A stretch of 64,000 bases of DNA from an uncultured Acidobacteriota bacterium (GCA_963836075.1 CAWIIB010000008.1:160001-224000); one strand, 5' to 3'. Numbered from the stretch's first letter, positions 29,523-40,933 are shown. Notes: generated by a model not told the origin, from the sequence alone. A program made the numbers and translations.

Positions 29523-30755
29523 ATGGGCCGGGCAAAACGGAAAGCACTCTTCCTGCTGCTCCGCGAGTTCCCGCCGCGGTTCCACGGCGGCGCCCCGATC
29601 ATCATCTACGAACTCTTCCTGCGGCTGAAGCAGCTGCCCCTGATCATCAGCACCTCCCGCGCCGACGACCCCGACGGCCGGGAGCTGTTCGAGGATGCCG
29701 AGATCCACCGCCATCCCTATCTGCCCACCATGGTGGATCCCGACTATGGCGGCTGGCCCCAGCCGTTCCGTTTCGCCCTGCGCTACCTCGCCTACCTTCG
29801 CTGGAACCTGGCTGTTCTGCGCATCGGCATGCGCCGGCCCATCGGCTGTGTCTTTCTCGCCCGCTACGACTATGCCTACCCGGCGGCCGTGCTGCTCAGC
29901 CGCCTGAAGCGGGTGCCGCTGATCTCCCTGTTTTACGGGGAGGAGTGGTCGATGGTCAGTTGCCGGGCCACGGCGGACTGGAAACTGCACAGCCTGTTTT
30001 TCCCTTCTTTTGTCCGCTCGGTGGACCTGCTGCTGCTGGCCAGCGAGAGCGCCAGGCAGGATCTTGTCCAGGCCGGTTTGCTGGACGGTGGCCTGGTGCT
30101 GCCGCCCGGTGTGGACACCGAGCGGCTGCGGCCGCCGGAGGACAAGGACCGGCTGCGCAGGAAGCACGCCCCGGGTGCCGACCTGCTGCTGCTCTCTCTG
30201 GCCCGCCTGACGGAGCGCAAGGGGCAGGACCGGGTGATCGAGGCCTTTGCGGCGCTGCACGAGAAATATCCCGGCGCGCGGCTGGTCATCGCCGGCTCCG
30301 GGCCCACCGGGGAGCGCCTGGAGCAGCTGGCCCGCGATCTGGGCCTGGAACAGAAGGTCCGCTTCACCGGTGAACTGCCCTACACCAGCCGGGAGCGGGT
30401 GGAGCTGTTCCAGGCGGCGGACATCTTCCTCATGCCCAACCGCAGATCCCCGCTGAACGATCTCGAGGGGTTCGGGATCGTATTTCTCGAGGCCAATGCC
30501 TGCGGCGTACCGGTGATCGGGGGTAATGACGGCGGGGTGCCCGAGGCCATCGCTCACGGCCGGAGCGGTTTTGTGGTGGATGCCCGGACCCCGGGCCCGG
30601 TGACCGACGTGCTCGACCGGCTGATGGGCGATGCCGTTCTGCGTGAGCGACTCGGCGCGCAGGGCCGGCAACGGGTGGTGGACGACTTTTCCTGGGAGCG
30701 GATGGCCGAGCGGTTCGAAGCGGCCCTGGACGGCTTGACCGGGGAGGGACGGTGA
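29523..30755 (+). CDS. GT4 glycosyltransferase
   Basis: EFPP, PGVD, RLTERKGQD, EGFGIVFLEANACGVPVIGGNDGGVPEA. Confidence 0.92.
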   Translation: MGRAKRKALFLLLREFPPRFHGGAPIIIYELFLRLKQLPLIISTSRADDPDGRELFEDAEIHRHPYLPTMVDPDYGGWPQPFRFALRYLAYLRWNLAVLRIGMRRPIGCVFLARYDYAYPAAVLLSRLKRVPLISLFYGEEWSMVSCRATADWKLHSLFFPSFVRSVDLLLLASESARQDLVQAGLLDGGLVLPPGVDTERLRPPEDKDRLRRKHAPGADLLLLSLARLTERKGQDRVIEAFAALHEKYPGARLVIAGSGPTGERLEQLARDLGLEQKVRFTGELPYTSRERVELFQAADIFLMPNRRSPLNDLEGFGIVFLEANACGVPVIGGNDGGVPEAIAHGRSGFVVDARTPGPVTDVLDRLMGDAVLRERLGAQGRQRVVDDFSWERMAERFEAALDGLTGEGR

Positions 30756-30774
30756 CGGTCTCCCTGCCCGGCGC

Positions 30775-30999
30775 TCACACCATTTTCTTCAGCCCGGATT
30801 CACTGAGGTCCTGTGCCCCGGCGGGCTGCAGGGTTGATGAAGACTGCCTGCCGCGGGCCAGGGAACGGATCCCCAACACCAGGGCCACCAGCCCTACCCC
30901 GAAGAGGTAGATGAGGAAGAGCAGGACCTGGACCACGGCCCGGCGAACCGTGTTGAATAAGCGGCCCAGCCAGCCAATGAATTTGATCAGCCACTGCAT
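30775..30999 (-). CDS. Small membrane protein, SxtJ-like C-terminal fragment
   Basis: 74 aa with hydrophobic VLLFLIYLFGVGLVALVL segment resembling the SxtJ C-terminal helix; GGAGG RBS; carbamoyltransferase context. Confidence 0.55.
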   Translation of the reverse strand: MQWLIKFIGWLGRLFNTVRRAVVQVLLFLIYLFGVGLVALVLGIRSLARGRQSSSTLQPAGAQDLSESGLKKMV

Positions 31000-31016
31000 T
31001 GTTGTTCCTCCGCTGC

Positions 31017-32414
31017 TCAGGGCTGCAGCCGCGGCAGCAGTTTATAACGGTTGCAATGTTCGGCCAGGCGGTTCAGGCGGTCCATCCGCACCGGCAGGAC
31101 ATTCTCCTTGTGCGTCCAGTATTTCCAGGTGTCGGAATTCGACGCCTCCCAGCCGTCCAACTGGATTCCCATCTCCTGGTGCCGGTCATGCAGGGGCGCG
31201 TGCTCGAGGATGTGCAGCGGATACCCGAAGGTCACGTCGGTGACCGAGGGCTCATCCGAGTAGCGGGTCACCAGGTTCAGCGTCTGCTGGAAGTCGTCCT
31301 CGGTCTCGGTGGGGTACCCCACCATCAGATACATGAAGACCTTGATCCCGGTGCGTGAGCAGGAGCGGACAAAGCTGTCCAGCTCGCGGTTGGAGAAGCG
31401 CTTGCCCATGTGCCATCGCACCGCCTCGCTTCCCGATTCCACCCCCACCTTGAGCCGCGTGCAGCCGGCCTGCTTCAGCAGGTCATAGTCCTCTTCGGTG
31501 ATTTTCCCCTCTGGCGGGCAGATGAAGTAGGCGTCCCACTGGAAGGGGTCGCTGTGCTCCTGCCGGTAGAACTCGGTCAACCCGGTGCAGAGTTCCCGGA
31601 GATAGGTGGTGGACGCGTTGAGGGTGGGGTCGGCGATGGACTGGACCCGCTTGCCGTAGGTGCGGAAGTTGTGGATCATTTCGGCGGCCACCTTGGAACC
31701 CGTGGCGCGCCGGTAGCCGCCGATCATCCCCCGGGTGGCGCAGAAGGTGCAGTTGCCGATACAGCCCTTGGCGCCCTGGACATAGAGGCAGTCGTATTTC
31801 CGCATGGAGAGGTCCGAATAGTCCGGGAAGGGGATCGCCTCCAGGTTCTCGTTGCAGTGCCGGCCGTTGCCGTTGATGCCCGGCCCGTTGAGGTCGCCAT
31901 TGAGGATCGCCACCAGCGGCTCCTCCCCGTCCCCCTCCACGAAGGCGTCGATTAACCCCTCGGCCAGCAGTGTGCGGTTGAGACGCACCGCCCCCAGGCC
32001 GCCGAGCACGATTCGGGCCCCGGGCTCCAGCTCCTTGATCGCCTGGCAGAGTTCGCGGGTGATGATCTGACCGCTCCGTTTCTGGGAGTGCATGCTCAGC
32101 CCGATCCAGCGGGGATTGCGGGAGAGCAGCGTGCGGGCCCAGCGGTGAATGATCTTGTCCAGGAGATCCTGGCGAAAACGTGCGAGGTGCCGGTGGTCGG
32201 CAAAGATCTGGTGGTAGGTGGCGAGCCCTTCGCGTTTCAGCCAGCGACGGGCCTTGCGGCCCACCAGTTTGTGCAGCAGGTCATGGTTGAAGTCGTAACA
32301 CCGGGAACGGAATCCGGCATTGTTCAATGTCGCTTTGAGCAGGAAGGGGGAGAGCAGCGGCGCGTTCATCTCCACCACCGGCATGGCACAGAGCAGGCAA
32401 TCATATCCGGACAT
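31017..32414 (-). CDS. B12-binding (class B) radical SAM protein 3
   Basis: WIGLS, IVLGG, EGDGEE, KGCIGNCTFC, GVESGS, MVGYPTET. Confidence 0.88.
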   Translation of the reverse strand: MSGYDCLLCAMPVVEMNAPLLSPFLLKATLNNAGFRSRCYDFNHDLLHKLVGRKARRWLKREGLATYHQIFADHRHLARFRQDLLDKIIHRWARTLLSRNPRWIGLSMHSQKRSGQIITRELCQAIKELEPGARIVLGGLGAVRLNRTLLAEGLIDAFVEGDGEEPLVAILNGDLNGPGINGNGRHCNENLEAIPFPDYSDLSMRKYDCLYVQGAKGCIGNCTFCATRGMIGGYRRATGSKVAAEMIHNFRTYGKRVQSIADPTLNASTTYLRELCTGLTEFYRQEHSDPFQWDAYFICPPEGKITEEDYDLLKQAGCTRLKVGVESGSEAVRWHMGKRFSNRELDSFVRSCSRTGIKVFMYLMVGYPTETEDDFQQTLNLVTRYSDEPSVTDVTFGYPLHILEHAPLHDRHQEMGIQLDGWEASNSDTWKYWTHKENVLPVRMDRLNRLAEHCNRYKLLPRLQP

Positions 32415-32524
32415 TTTTTGTCATACCTCGTGGACCGACCACCGGGGTCCGGGCGGGTCTCAGCACTGTTGCGTTATACTACCATATACTGAATACCCGG
32501 ATGACAGCTGTGAGGAGCAAGTCG

Positions 32525-33277
32525 ATGAGCATGCACCACGAACGGCAGGAGGACATTGCCCTGGTCACCCTGGACCGCGGGGCGACCCACGCCATCCACC
32601 AGCAGACGATCAGCGACCTGCTGGAGCTGCTGGAGGAGCTGGCCGGCGACGAGGCGGTGCGCGGCCTGGTGCTGGACAGCGCCAACCACAAGTTCTTCTC
32701 CATCGGGTTCGACATCCCCCGCCTGCTGGAGATGTCAACCGAGGAGATGGGCCGCTTCTACCACGACTTCAACTCCCTCTGCCTGCGGCTCTACACCTTC
32801 CCCAAACCCACCGCGGCGGCCATCACCGGCCACGCCATCGCCGGCGGCTGCATCCTGGCCCTCTGCTGCGACCACCGCTTCATCGCCGAGGGGAGAAAGC
32901 TGATGGGGGTCAACGAGCTGAAACTCGGTGTCCCGGTGCCGTATCTCGCCCAGCGGGTGCTGGCCAGGGTCTGCGGCGAATCCACGGCGCAGATGGTGGT
33001 GGAGTCCGGGGACCTCTACGACGCGGCCCGTCTGCTGGAACTGGGGCTGGTTGACCGCGTACTGCCCCTGGAGGAGGTGCGGCCGGTGGCCCTGGGCCGG
33101 GTGGCGGAGCTGGGCACCCTGCCAGCCCGGGCCTTTGCCGGCTCCAAACTGAACCGGGTGGATGCGCTGGCCGAACGGTTCCTGCGCCGGCGCGCCGAGC
33201 GGGAGCGGGCGTTCCTCGCCTGCTGGCACTCCGCCGAGGCCCAGCAGCTGCTGCGGGAAGCGGCGAAAAAGTTCTGA
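32525..33277 (+). CDS. Enoyl-CoA hydratase/isomerase family protein
   Basis: FFSIGFDI, AAITGHAIAGGCILALCCD, NELKLG, LGLVD. Confidence 0.92.
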   Translation: MSMHHERQEDIALVTLDRGATHAIHQQTISDLLELLEELAGDEAVRGLVLDSANHKFFSIGFDIPRLLEMSTEEMGRFYHDFNSLCLRLYTFPKPTAAAITGHAIAGGCILALCCDHRFIAEGRKLMGVNELKLGVPVPYLAQRVLARVCGESTAQMVVESGDLYDAARLLELGLVDRVLPLEEVRPVALGRVAELGTLPARAFAGSKLNRVDALAERFLRRRAERERAFLACWHSAEAQQLLREAAKKF

Positions 33278-33294
33278 CAGCAAAGGGGGGAAAG

Positions 33295-34371
33295 ATGGTT
33301 CGGGTGGCCGACCTGCACTGTGACACGATCATCAAATACCAGGCCGGGGCCGACCTGGCGGTCGACGACCCGCAGCTGGACGTCAGCCTCCCCTCGCTGG
33401 AGCGGGGCCAGGTGGGGCTGCAGGTCTTCGCCTGCTTCGTCTCTTCGGTGCTGCCCGAGAAGCGGGCGGTGGCCGAGGCTCGGATCCTGCTCGGCCTGGT
33501 TGACAAGTTCTGCCGGCGGTACCCCGACCGGGTCCAGCGGGTGCAGACAGCCAGTGAAGTGGCCGAGGCCTGGGAGGCCGGCCGGATGGCGGTGGTCCCG
33601 GCGGTGGAGAACGGGCACGCCATCGGCGGCGACCTGGCCAATCTCCAGCGGCTGCGCGAGGCCGGCGCGCGCAGCATGACCCTGACCCACGCCGCCCACC
33701 TCTCCTGGGCCGCCTCTTCCGGCAAGCCGCTGGAGGATGTTTCCGGGCTGACGGCTTTTGGCGAGAAGGTGGTGGCGGCGATGAACGAGATGGAGATGAT
33801 CATCGACGTCTCCCACGTCCATGAAACCACTTTCGATGACGTGGTCCGTCTTTCCCGCAAGCCGTTCATCGCCTCCCACTCCTGTGCCTCGGCGCTCTGC
33901 CCCATCCCGCGCAATCTCACCGACGACCAGATCCGGGCGGTGGCCGATTCCGGGGGGATGGTGGGGATCAACTTTTTCCCCGGGTTTCTCGACCTGCCGT
34001 ACTGGGACCATCTGCTGGAGACCTGCGGCGACCTGTTCACCAGCCTCGACCGCCTGGAACTGGAAAAAATGGACGATCCGGCGGCGCGGATCGAGGGGTT
34101 CCGCCTGTTTGGCGAGGACCTGGAGCAGCGGATGGCCGGACTGCCGGTGGGCCTGGAGCGGGTGGCGGACCACGTGGAGCACGTGGTCTCCCTGGTGGGG
34201 GACGAGTGCGTGGGCTTCGGCTCCGATTTCGACGGCGTCCCCACCCTGCCCGAGGGCATCACCGGCAGCGGCAGCTTCCCGGCCATTCTCGAGGCCCTGC
34301 GCCGCCGCGGATTCAGCGAAGTGTCCCTCGAGCGGATCGCCTCGGGCAACTTCCTCCGCATCCTGGGTTAA
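33295..34371 (+). CDS. Membrane dipeptidase (peptidase M19)
   Basis: DLHCD, AVENG, IDVSH, ASHS, RNLTD, GFGSDFDG. Confidence 0.93.
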   Translation: MVRVADLHCDTIIKYQAGADLAVDDPQLDVSLPSLERGQVGLQVFACFVSSVLPEKRAVAEARILLGLVDKFCRRYPDRVQRVQTASEVAEAWEAGRMAVVPAVENGHAIGGDLANLQRLREAGARSMTLTHAAHLSWAASSGKPLEDVSGLTAFGEKVVAAMNEMEMIIDVSHVHETTFDDVVRLSRKPFIASHSCASALCPIPRNLTDDQIRAVADSGGMVGINFFPGFLDLPYWDHLLETCGDLFTSLDRLELEKMDDPAARIEGFRLFGEDLEQRMAGLPVGLERVADHVEHVVSLVGDECVGFGSDFDGVPTLPEGITGSGSFPAILEALRRRGFSEVSLERIASGNFLRILG

Positions 34372-34385
34372 AAACTCTTTTTGCC

Positions 34386-34510
34386 TGTCATCAGCTGAGC
34401 ATTTGTCTTGATTCGACTCCGGCACTGTTGTTCCTGAGCGACGTCGGAGCGTCCGCGACCGGAGCGAGGGCAACAGTGCCGGAGTCGAATCAAATCACGG
34501 CGGGATGACA
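34386..34510. repeat. Nested palindromic REP/MITE-like element
   Basis: Perfect 23-bp inverted repeat 34408-34430 / 34471-34493 inside outer TGTCATC...GATGACA ends. Confidence 0.75.
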
Positions 34511-34549
34511 AAAAAATCCCCGGGACCAGGGGGATGTTTGGTCCCGGGG
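34510..34549 (-). terminator. Intrinsic terminator of the dcw/ftsZ transcript
   Basis: 11-bp stem CCCCGGGACCA/TGGTCCCGGGG followed on the minus strand by a T7 run. Confidence 0.7.
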
Positions 34550-34660
34550 CAAAAAGGGAGAATGAGATGACTGAGAGCTTTCGGGTCCCTTCCCGGGGGC
34601 CCGGCTCTCATCCGTATCGCCGGGGGAGATCGTAGTCTTCCCCGGCTGGACTATTCAGTT

Positions 34661-36028
34661 TCAGTCCATCTTCCTTCTCATGAAGGTCGGCACGTCGAGG
34701 TTGTTGCGGTCCACCTCCATGTGCGGGCCGTAGCCCTCCATGATGCTGTCGTCGCTCAGGTCGGGCAGCGACGTGTCTTCCGGCTCTTCCACCACGGGCG
34801 GGGCGCTCTTCATCCGCCCGAACAGCGACTTGCGCGGAGGCGTCTTTTCCTGCATCACGATTCCCGGCCGGCTGTCGTCGAGGCTGCCCTGGCGCAGGCC
34901 GGTGTCCCGGGACGGCTTACCGAAGGTCTGGTTCGGGTCGCCCAGGTCCGCACGGGTGATCTGCTGCGGCTCCTCCATGCCGATCTGGCGGGCGTTGGTG
35001 GTGCTGGGCAGTGGTTTTTCCTTGCGCCGCTCGAAGCCGGTGGCGATCACCGTGATCTTCACCCGGCCCTCCATCGTCTCGTCCACCACCGTGCCGAAGA
35101 TGATGTTGGCGTCTTCAGCAGCCGATTCCTGGATGATCCTCGAGGCTTCGCTGACCTCGTAGAGGGTCATGTCGCGCCCGCCGGTGACGTTGATCAGCAC
35201 GCCCCTGGCGCCGTCGATGGAGGCCTCCTCCAGCAGCGGGCTGGAGATGGCGCGCTGGGCCGCTTCCACGGCGCGGTTGTCGCCGTTGCCCAGGCCGGTG
35301 CCCATCACCGCCATGCCCATCCCCTTCATCACCGTGCGCACGTCGGCGAAATCGAGGTTGATGTCGCCGGGGATGGTGATCAGGTCGGAGATGCCCTGCA
35401 CCGCCTGGCGCAGCACGTCGTCGGCCACGGCAAAGGCCTCGGTGATCGAGGTGCCCTGGTCGATGGTGTGCAGCAGCCGCTCGTTGGGGATGGTGATGAT
35501 GGTGTCCACGTGTTCGCGCAGTTCCAGCAGCCCCTCTTCGGCCTGGGCCATCCGCTTCTTGCCCTCGAAACGGAAAGGCCGGGTCACCACCGCCACGGTG
35601 AGCGCGCCCAGCTCGGAGGCCAGGCTGGCCACGATGGGCGCTGCTCCGGTTCCCGTGCCGCCCCCCAGTCCGGCGGTGATGAAAACCATGTCCGAGCCGT
35701 CGAGGATCTCGATGATCTTGCCCGTGTCCTCGATGGCCGCCTGGCGACCGACGTCCGGGTCGGCGCCGGCGCCGAGACCCTTGGTCAGTTTGCTGCCCAG
35801 CTGGACCTTCACCGGGGCGCTGGAGCTGCAGAGGGCCTGGTTGTCCGTGTTCATCGCCACGAACTCGATCCCCTCCAGCCGCGCCCGGACCATGCGGTTC
35901 ACGGCGCTGCTGCCGCCTCCGCCGATCCCCACGACACGGATCTGGGCTCCGGGAAGGGATTCCTCCTCGAAGGTGAGGCTCAATCCCCTCTCGTCCGGTT
36001 CTTTCTTCTCGTCGTTCGACCTTTTCAT
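34661..36028 (-). CDS. ftsZ: Cell division protein FtsZ
   Basis: [18 protein letters not shown] tubulin motif, NLDFAD, C-terminal LDVPTFMRR. Confidence 0.99.
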   Translation of the reverse strand: MKRSNDEKKEPDERGLSLTFEEESLPGAQIRVVGIGGGGSSAVNRMVRARLEGIEFVAMNTDNQALCSSSAPVKVQLGSKLTKGLGAGADPDVGRQAAIEDTGKIIEILDGSDMVFITAGLGGGTGTGAAPIVASLASELGALTVAVVTRPFRFEGKKRMAQAEEGLLELREHVDTIITIPNERLLHTIDQGTSITEAFAVADDVLRQAVQGISDLITIPGDINLDFADVRTVMKGMGMAVMGTGLGNGDNRAVEAAQRAISSPLLEEASIDGARGVLINVTGGRDMTLYEVSEASRIIQESAAEDANIIFGTVVDETMEGRVKITVIATGFERRKEKPLPSTTNARQIGMEEPQQITRADLGDPNQTFGKPSRDTGLRQGSLDDSRPGIVMQEKTPPRKSLFGRMKSAPPVVEEPEDTSLPDLSDDSIMEGYGPHMEVDRNNLDVPTFMRRKMD

Positions 36029-36119
36029 CTAGCCCATCCCCCCTGGTTCTGTTGGTGCCCGGCCTCCCGGGCGTTCTCCCCTGATCCCCTCATCTCCCAT
36101 CAACCGTTACAAGCAACTC

Positions 36120-37363
<1,244 letters not shown>

Positions 37364-37364
<1 letters not shown>

Positions 37365-38239
37365 CAGCTTCTCCCTTCTTCCCCCGTGCCCAGGATGGGC
37401 TTGACGATAACCCGGTCGTGGAAGCGGAGATCCACATACTGCAGGTTGCCGCCGTGTCGTTCTTCCAGTGTGTGTTCCAGCAGCCGGTAGCGTGCGAGCT
37501 TGTCGGTGTACCCGTCCTCACCCATCAGCACCGGGTATTCCCGGCCGGCGAAATAGATAATGGTGTTGTTCTTCTCGGTTACGTCTATCCGGTCCACCCG
37601 CGGTATGTCCCGGGACTGTTCCATGGTTTTCAGCTGCTGCGCCAGGGAGATGTTCTCCCGCACCAGCCCCTGGTGCGCTTCCCAGGCCGTCTCAGCGCTG
37701 AAGCCGGTGAGCAGCGGGAACCGGCCGGCCCACGCTTCCGATGCCGGCGGCTTCTCGATGATCTGGCCCAGCTGGTCCACCAGCAGCAGCCGGTCGCCGT
37801 GGCGGGCCAGGCCCACAGGCACCTTTTCTTCCACCCGCACCCGCAACCGGTCGGGCAGAATCCGTTTGATCGAGCAGGACTGCACCCAGCGGTGCTGCTC
37901 CACTTCCCGGGCCAGCCGGCCGAGGTGCAGGGAGAAGATGTTGGTCCGGCGCTCCACCGTGCGGTTCAGCGCGGCCAGCTCCGCCCGGTCCACCCGCGGG
38001 CAGCTGTTGATCTCCAGGTCGACGACGCCGAAGGCCGGCGCCGAGCGCAGGTAGTGCAGCGCCTGCGCTCCGACCATCCACCCGGCCATGGCCGAGAGCA
38101 GAGTCAGCAGGGCGACGGAGGTCCAGGCGAAGATCCGCCGCCGCCGCCGTCTTTTGAGGCTCAGCCGGCGGGGGCGGGGGCCGCGCAGGAACTGCTGGCT
38201 CTGCCTTTTGGCGGTGCTGTTTTTCTGACTGCCGCCCAT
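37364..38239 (-). CDS. ftsQ: Cell division protein FtsQ/DivIB
   Basis: Basic N-terminus, TM helix, POTRA (WV..IKRILPD), YVDLRF; synteny. Confidence 0.9.
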
Positions 38240-38246
38240 GGTCGCC

Positions 38247-39635
38247 TCAGTCGGTTTCTCCGGTCAGCCGTTGCAGCAGGTCGCGTCCTGCCCGGTGTAC
38301 GTCCCCCGCGCCCAGCGTGATCACCAGGTCGCCCTCTTTTACGCGGCTCTCCAGGAACGGCGCCACGTCCTGCACCTGGTTCACCAGGTGGATTTTTTTC
38401 TGTCCGTACTGCCGTATGCCGTCCACCAGCATCTCGGCGTCCACCCCGTTGATCGGCTGCTCGCCGGCGGGGTAGACGTCGGTGACCACCAGTTCGTCGG
38501 CGTTGAGGAAGGAGCGGAAAAAATCCTCCCGCAGCAGGTTGACCCGGCTGAAGCGGTGGGGCTGAAAGATCACCACCGTGCGCTTGCGCCAGCCGTCCTT
38601 CACCGCGGCCAGGGTGGCCTGGATCTCGGTGGGGTGGTGGCCGTAGTCGTCCATCACCAGCACCCCTCCCGCCTGGCCCACGATCTGCATCCGGCGGTCC
38701 ACGCCGCGGAATTTCTCCAGCCCCTCGCGAATCTGGTCGAAGGGCACTTCCAGGTCGAGCCCCACGCTCACCGCGGCCAGGGCATTGAGCACGTTGTGCC
38801 GCCCGGGCCGCCGCAGGGTGATGGTTCCCAGCCGCGTGCCCCGGTGGCGGACGGCGAAGCTGGAGGTCAACTCCACCAGCTCCACGTCCTCCCCGGCCAC
38901 GTCGGCCTGGGCCGCAAGCCCGAAGGTGATCACCCGCCGTTTGGCCTGGGGGATCAGGTTCTGCAGGCGGGGCTCGTCGAGGCAGAGAATCGCCGTGCCG
39001 TAAAAGGGCACCTGGTTGATGAAGCGGAGGAAGGCGGCCTCCACCTTTTCCATGTCGCCGTAGAAATCGAGGTGCTCGCTGTCGATGTTGGTCACCACGG
39101 CGATGGTGGGGGTCAGCTTGAGAAAGGTGCCGTCGCTCTCGTCCGCCTCGGCCACCATCAGGTCCCCGCTGCCCAGCTTGGCATTGGAGCCGAGGATGTC
39201 CAGCCGGCCGCCGATCACCACCGTGGGGTCCAGGCCGGCGTGGGACAGCACGTGGGCCACCATGGAGGTGGTGGAGGTTTTGCCGTGGGAGCCCGCGATG
39301 GCCACGCTGTACTTCATCCGCATCAGCTCGGCCAGCATCTCCGCCCGGGGGATCACCGGAATCATCGCCTGGCGGGCCGCTTCGGCTTCCACATTCTCCC
39401 GTCCCACCGCGGTGGAGGTGACCACCACGTCCGCGCCGGCAATGTTCTCCACCTTGTGGCCCACGGACACCCGGGCGCCGAGGCGGCCCAGCCGCTCGGT
39501 GGCCCGCGAGGCGCGGAGGTCCGAGCCGGTGACCCGGTAGTCCAGGTTGAGCAGCACCTCGGCGATGCCGCTCATCCCGATGCCGCCGATGCCCACGAAG
39601 TGGACCTGCCGTATTTTGCGGCCCATGGATTTCAT
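38247..39635 (-). CDS. murC: UDP-N-acetylmuramate--L-alanine ligase
   Basis: GIGGIGMSG, GSHGKTSTT, EADESD, DDYGHHPTE. Confidence 0.98.
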   Translation of the reverse strand: MKSMGRKIRQVHFVGIGGIGMSGIAEVLLNLDYRVTGSDLRASRATERLGRLGARVSVGHKVENIAGADVVVTSTAVGRENVEAEAARQAMIPVIPRAEMLAELMRMKYSVAIAGSHGKTSTTSMVAHVLSHAGLDPTVVIGGRLDILGSNAKLGSGDLMVAEADESDGTFLKLTPTIAVVTNIDSEHLDFYGDMEKVEAAFLRFINQVPFYGTAILCLDEPRLQNLIPQAKRRVITFGLAAQADVAGEDVELVELTSSFAVRHRGTRLGTITLRRPGRHNVLNALAAVSVGLDLEVPFDQIREGLEKFRGVDRRMQIVGQAGGVLVMDDYGHHPTEIQATLAAVKDGWRKRTVVIFQPHRFSRVNLLREDFFRSFLNADELVVTDVYPAGEQPINGVDAEMLVDGIRQYGQKKIHLVNQVQDVAPFLESRVKEGDLVITLGAGDVHRAGRDLLQRLTGETD

Positions 39636-39642
39636 CTTCAGC

Positions 39643-40749
39643 TCACGTCCCCGCTGTTTCCCGGGGTCCGTCCCCGATCATTTCCATCACCAGCCCGGCA
39701 ATCCGCTGCGCCGCATCGGGTCGCGCCAGGCTCCTCGCCGCTTCGGCCATGCGGTCCAGCCGTTCCCGGTCGGCCAGCAGCCCGGCCAGGGTTGCGGCCA
39801 GCGCGCCAGGGTCCAGTTCGTCCTGCCGGATCACCAGTCCCGCTCCAGCCCGGGCCGCAGCCTCGGCGTTCTGCGCCTGGTGGCCGCCGGTGGCCTGGGC
39901 GAAGGGCACGAAGACTGCCGGCCGTCCGGCCGCGGCCAGTTCGGCCACGGTACTTGCACCGGAGCGGCAGAGAGCCAGGCTGCACTGGGCCATCGCCGCC
40001 GGCATTTCTTCGATAAATGCGCTGACCTCTGCTTCAACTCCAGCATGCTGGTACGCCTCCCTGACCCAGGGTTCGTCCTCGGTCCCGGTCTGGTGCCGAA
40101 TGCGCAGCGTCACTCCCGAGCTGGACAATGCCGGCAGCGCCTCGCAGACCGCACGGTTGATCACCCGGGCGCCCCGGCTCCCGCCGAAGATCAGCAGCCC
40201 CGGCGGCGCGTTGCGGTCCGGCGGCCCGATCCCGGTGAAGTCCCTGCGCACCGGGTTGCCGGTGAGCACCGCCTTCCGCGGCCCGAAGGCCGCCACCGAG
40301 TCGGGGAAGGAGACCGCCACGGTGCGGGCCATCCGTCCCAGCAGCCGGTTGGCGAAACCGGGCGCCCAGTTCTGTTCCTGGACCAGCAGCGGGCGTCCCA
40401 GCAGCCGGCCGGCCAGGGCCACCGGGAACGAGGCGTAGCCGCCCACCCCCACCACAGCCTGGGGCCGGAAGGAGAGCAGAATGAACAACGCCTGGACCAG
40501 AGCCAGGGGCAGCAGCGCCAGGGACTGCAGCGTGTCCCACACCCCTTTGCCCCGCAGGCCCTTGACCCACAGCAGATACAGCTTGTATCCGCGGCCGGGA
40601 ACGATCCGTTGTTCCATGCCGTAGCGGGAGCCCGCGAAGCGGAGCTCCATCCCCGGGGCCTGGCGGCGGAGTTCGCCGGCAATGGCCAGGGCAGGGAAGA
40701 TGTGACCCCCGGTCCCGCCGCCGGTGACCAGTACCCGCTGTTGCGCCAT
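39643..40749 (-). CDS. murG: Lipid II GlcNAc transferase MurG
   Basis: GGGTGGHIFP, GGY, EQN, GNPVR, GGSRGA, HQAQNA. Confidence 0.97.
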   Translation of the reverse strand: MAQQRVLVTGGGTGGHIFPALAIAGELRRQAPGMELRFAGSRYGMEQRIVPGRGYKLYLLWVKGLRGKGVWDTLQSLALLPLALVQALFILLSFRPQAVVGVGGYASFPVALAGRLLGRPLLVQEQNWAPGFANRLLGRMARTVAVSFPDSVAAFGPRKAVLTGNPVRRDFTGIGPPDRNAPPGLLIFGGSRGARVINRAVCEALPALSSSGVTLRIRHQTGTEDEPWVREAYQHAGVEAEVSAFIEEMPAAMAQCSLALCRSGASTVAELAAAGRPAVFVPFAQATGGHQAQNAEAAARAGAGLVIRQDELDPGALAATLAGLLADRERLDRMAEAARSLARPDAAQRIAGLVMEMIGDGPRETAGT

Positions 40750-40933
40750 GGTCCAGCCTTTCGCCGTTTTGCGTTTCCACGGTCAGCCGTGCCTCGGTCC
40801 GATCCGTCCGGTCCTGCGGTACAGAAAAAACCCCCATTGACGTCGCCCGACACAATCCGGCCCTGGGCGAGCATCCGCGGGGGTTCTTGCGGAGAAAAAT
40901 TGAATTCTTCGTTTCTTTATTATTATTAAAAAT

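Noticed and set aside
20159-30999. Saxitoxin biosynthesis cluster (sxtI/J/K-like genes)
   Set aside because: No sxtA, sxtG or other core genes; the triad is widespread outside toxin clusters.
38239-38247. Absence of murB and ddl between murC and ftsQ
   Set aside because: Common lineage-level variation of dcw clusters; the genes are probably elsewhere in the genome.
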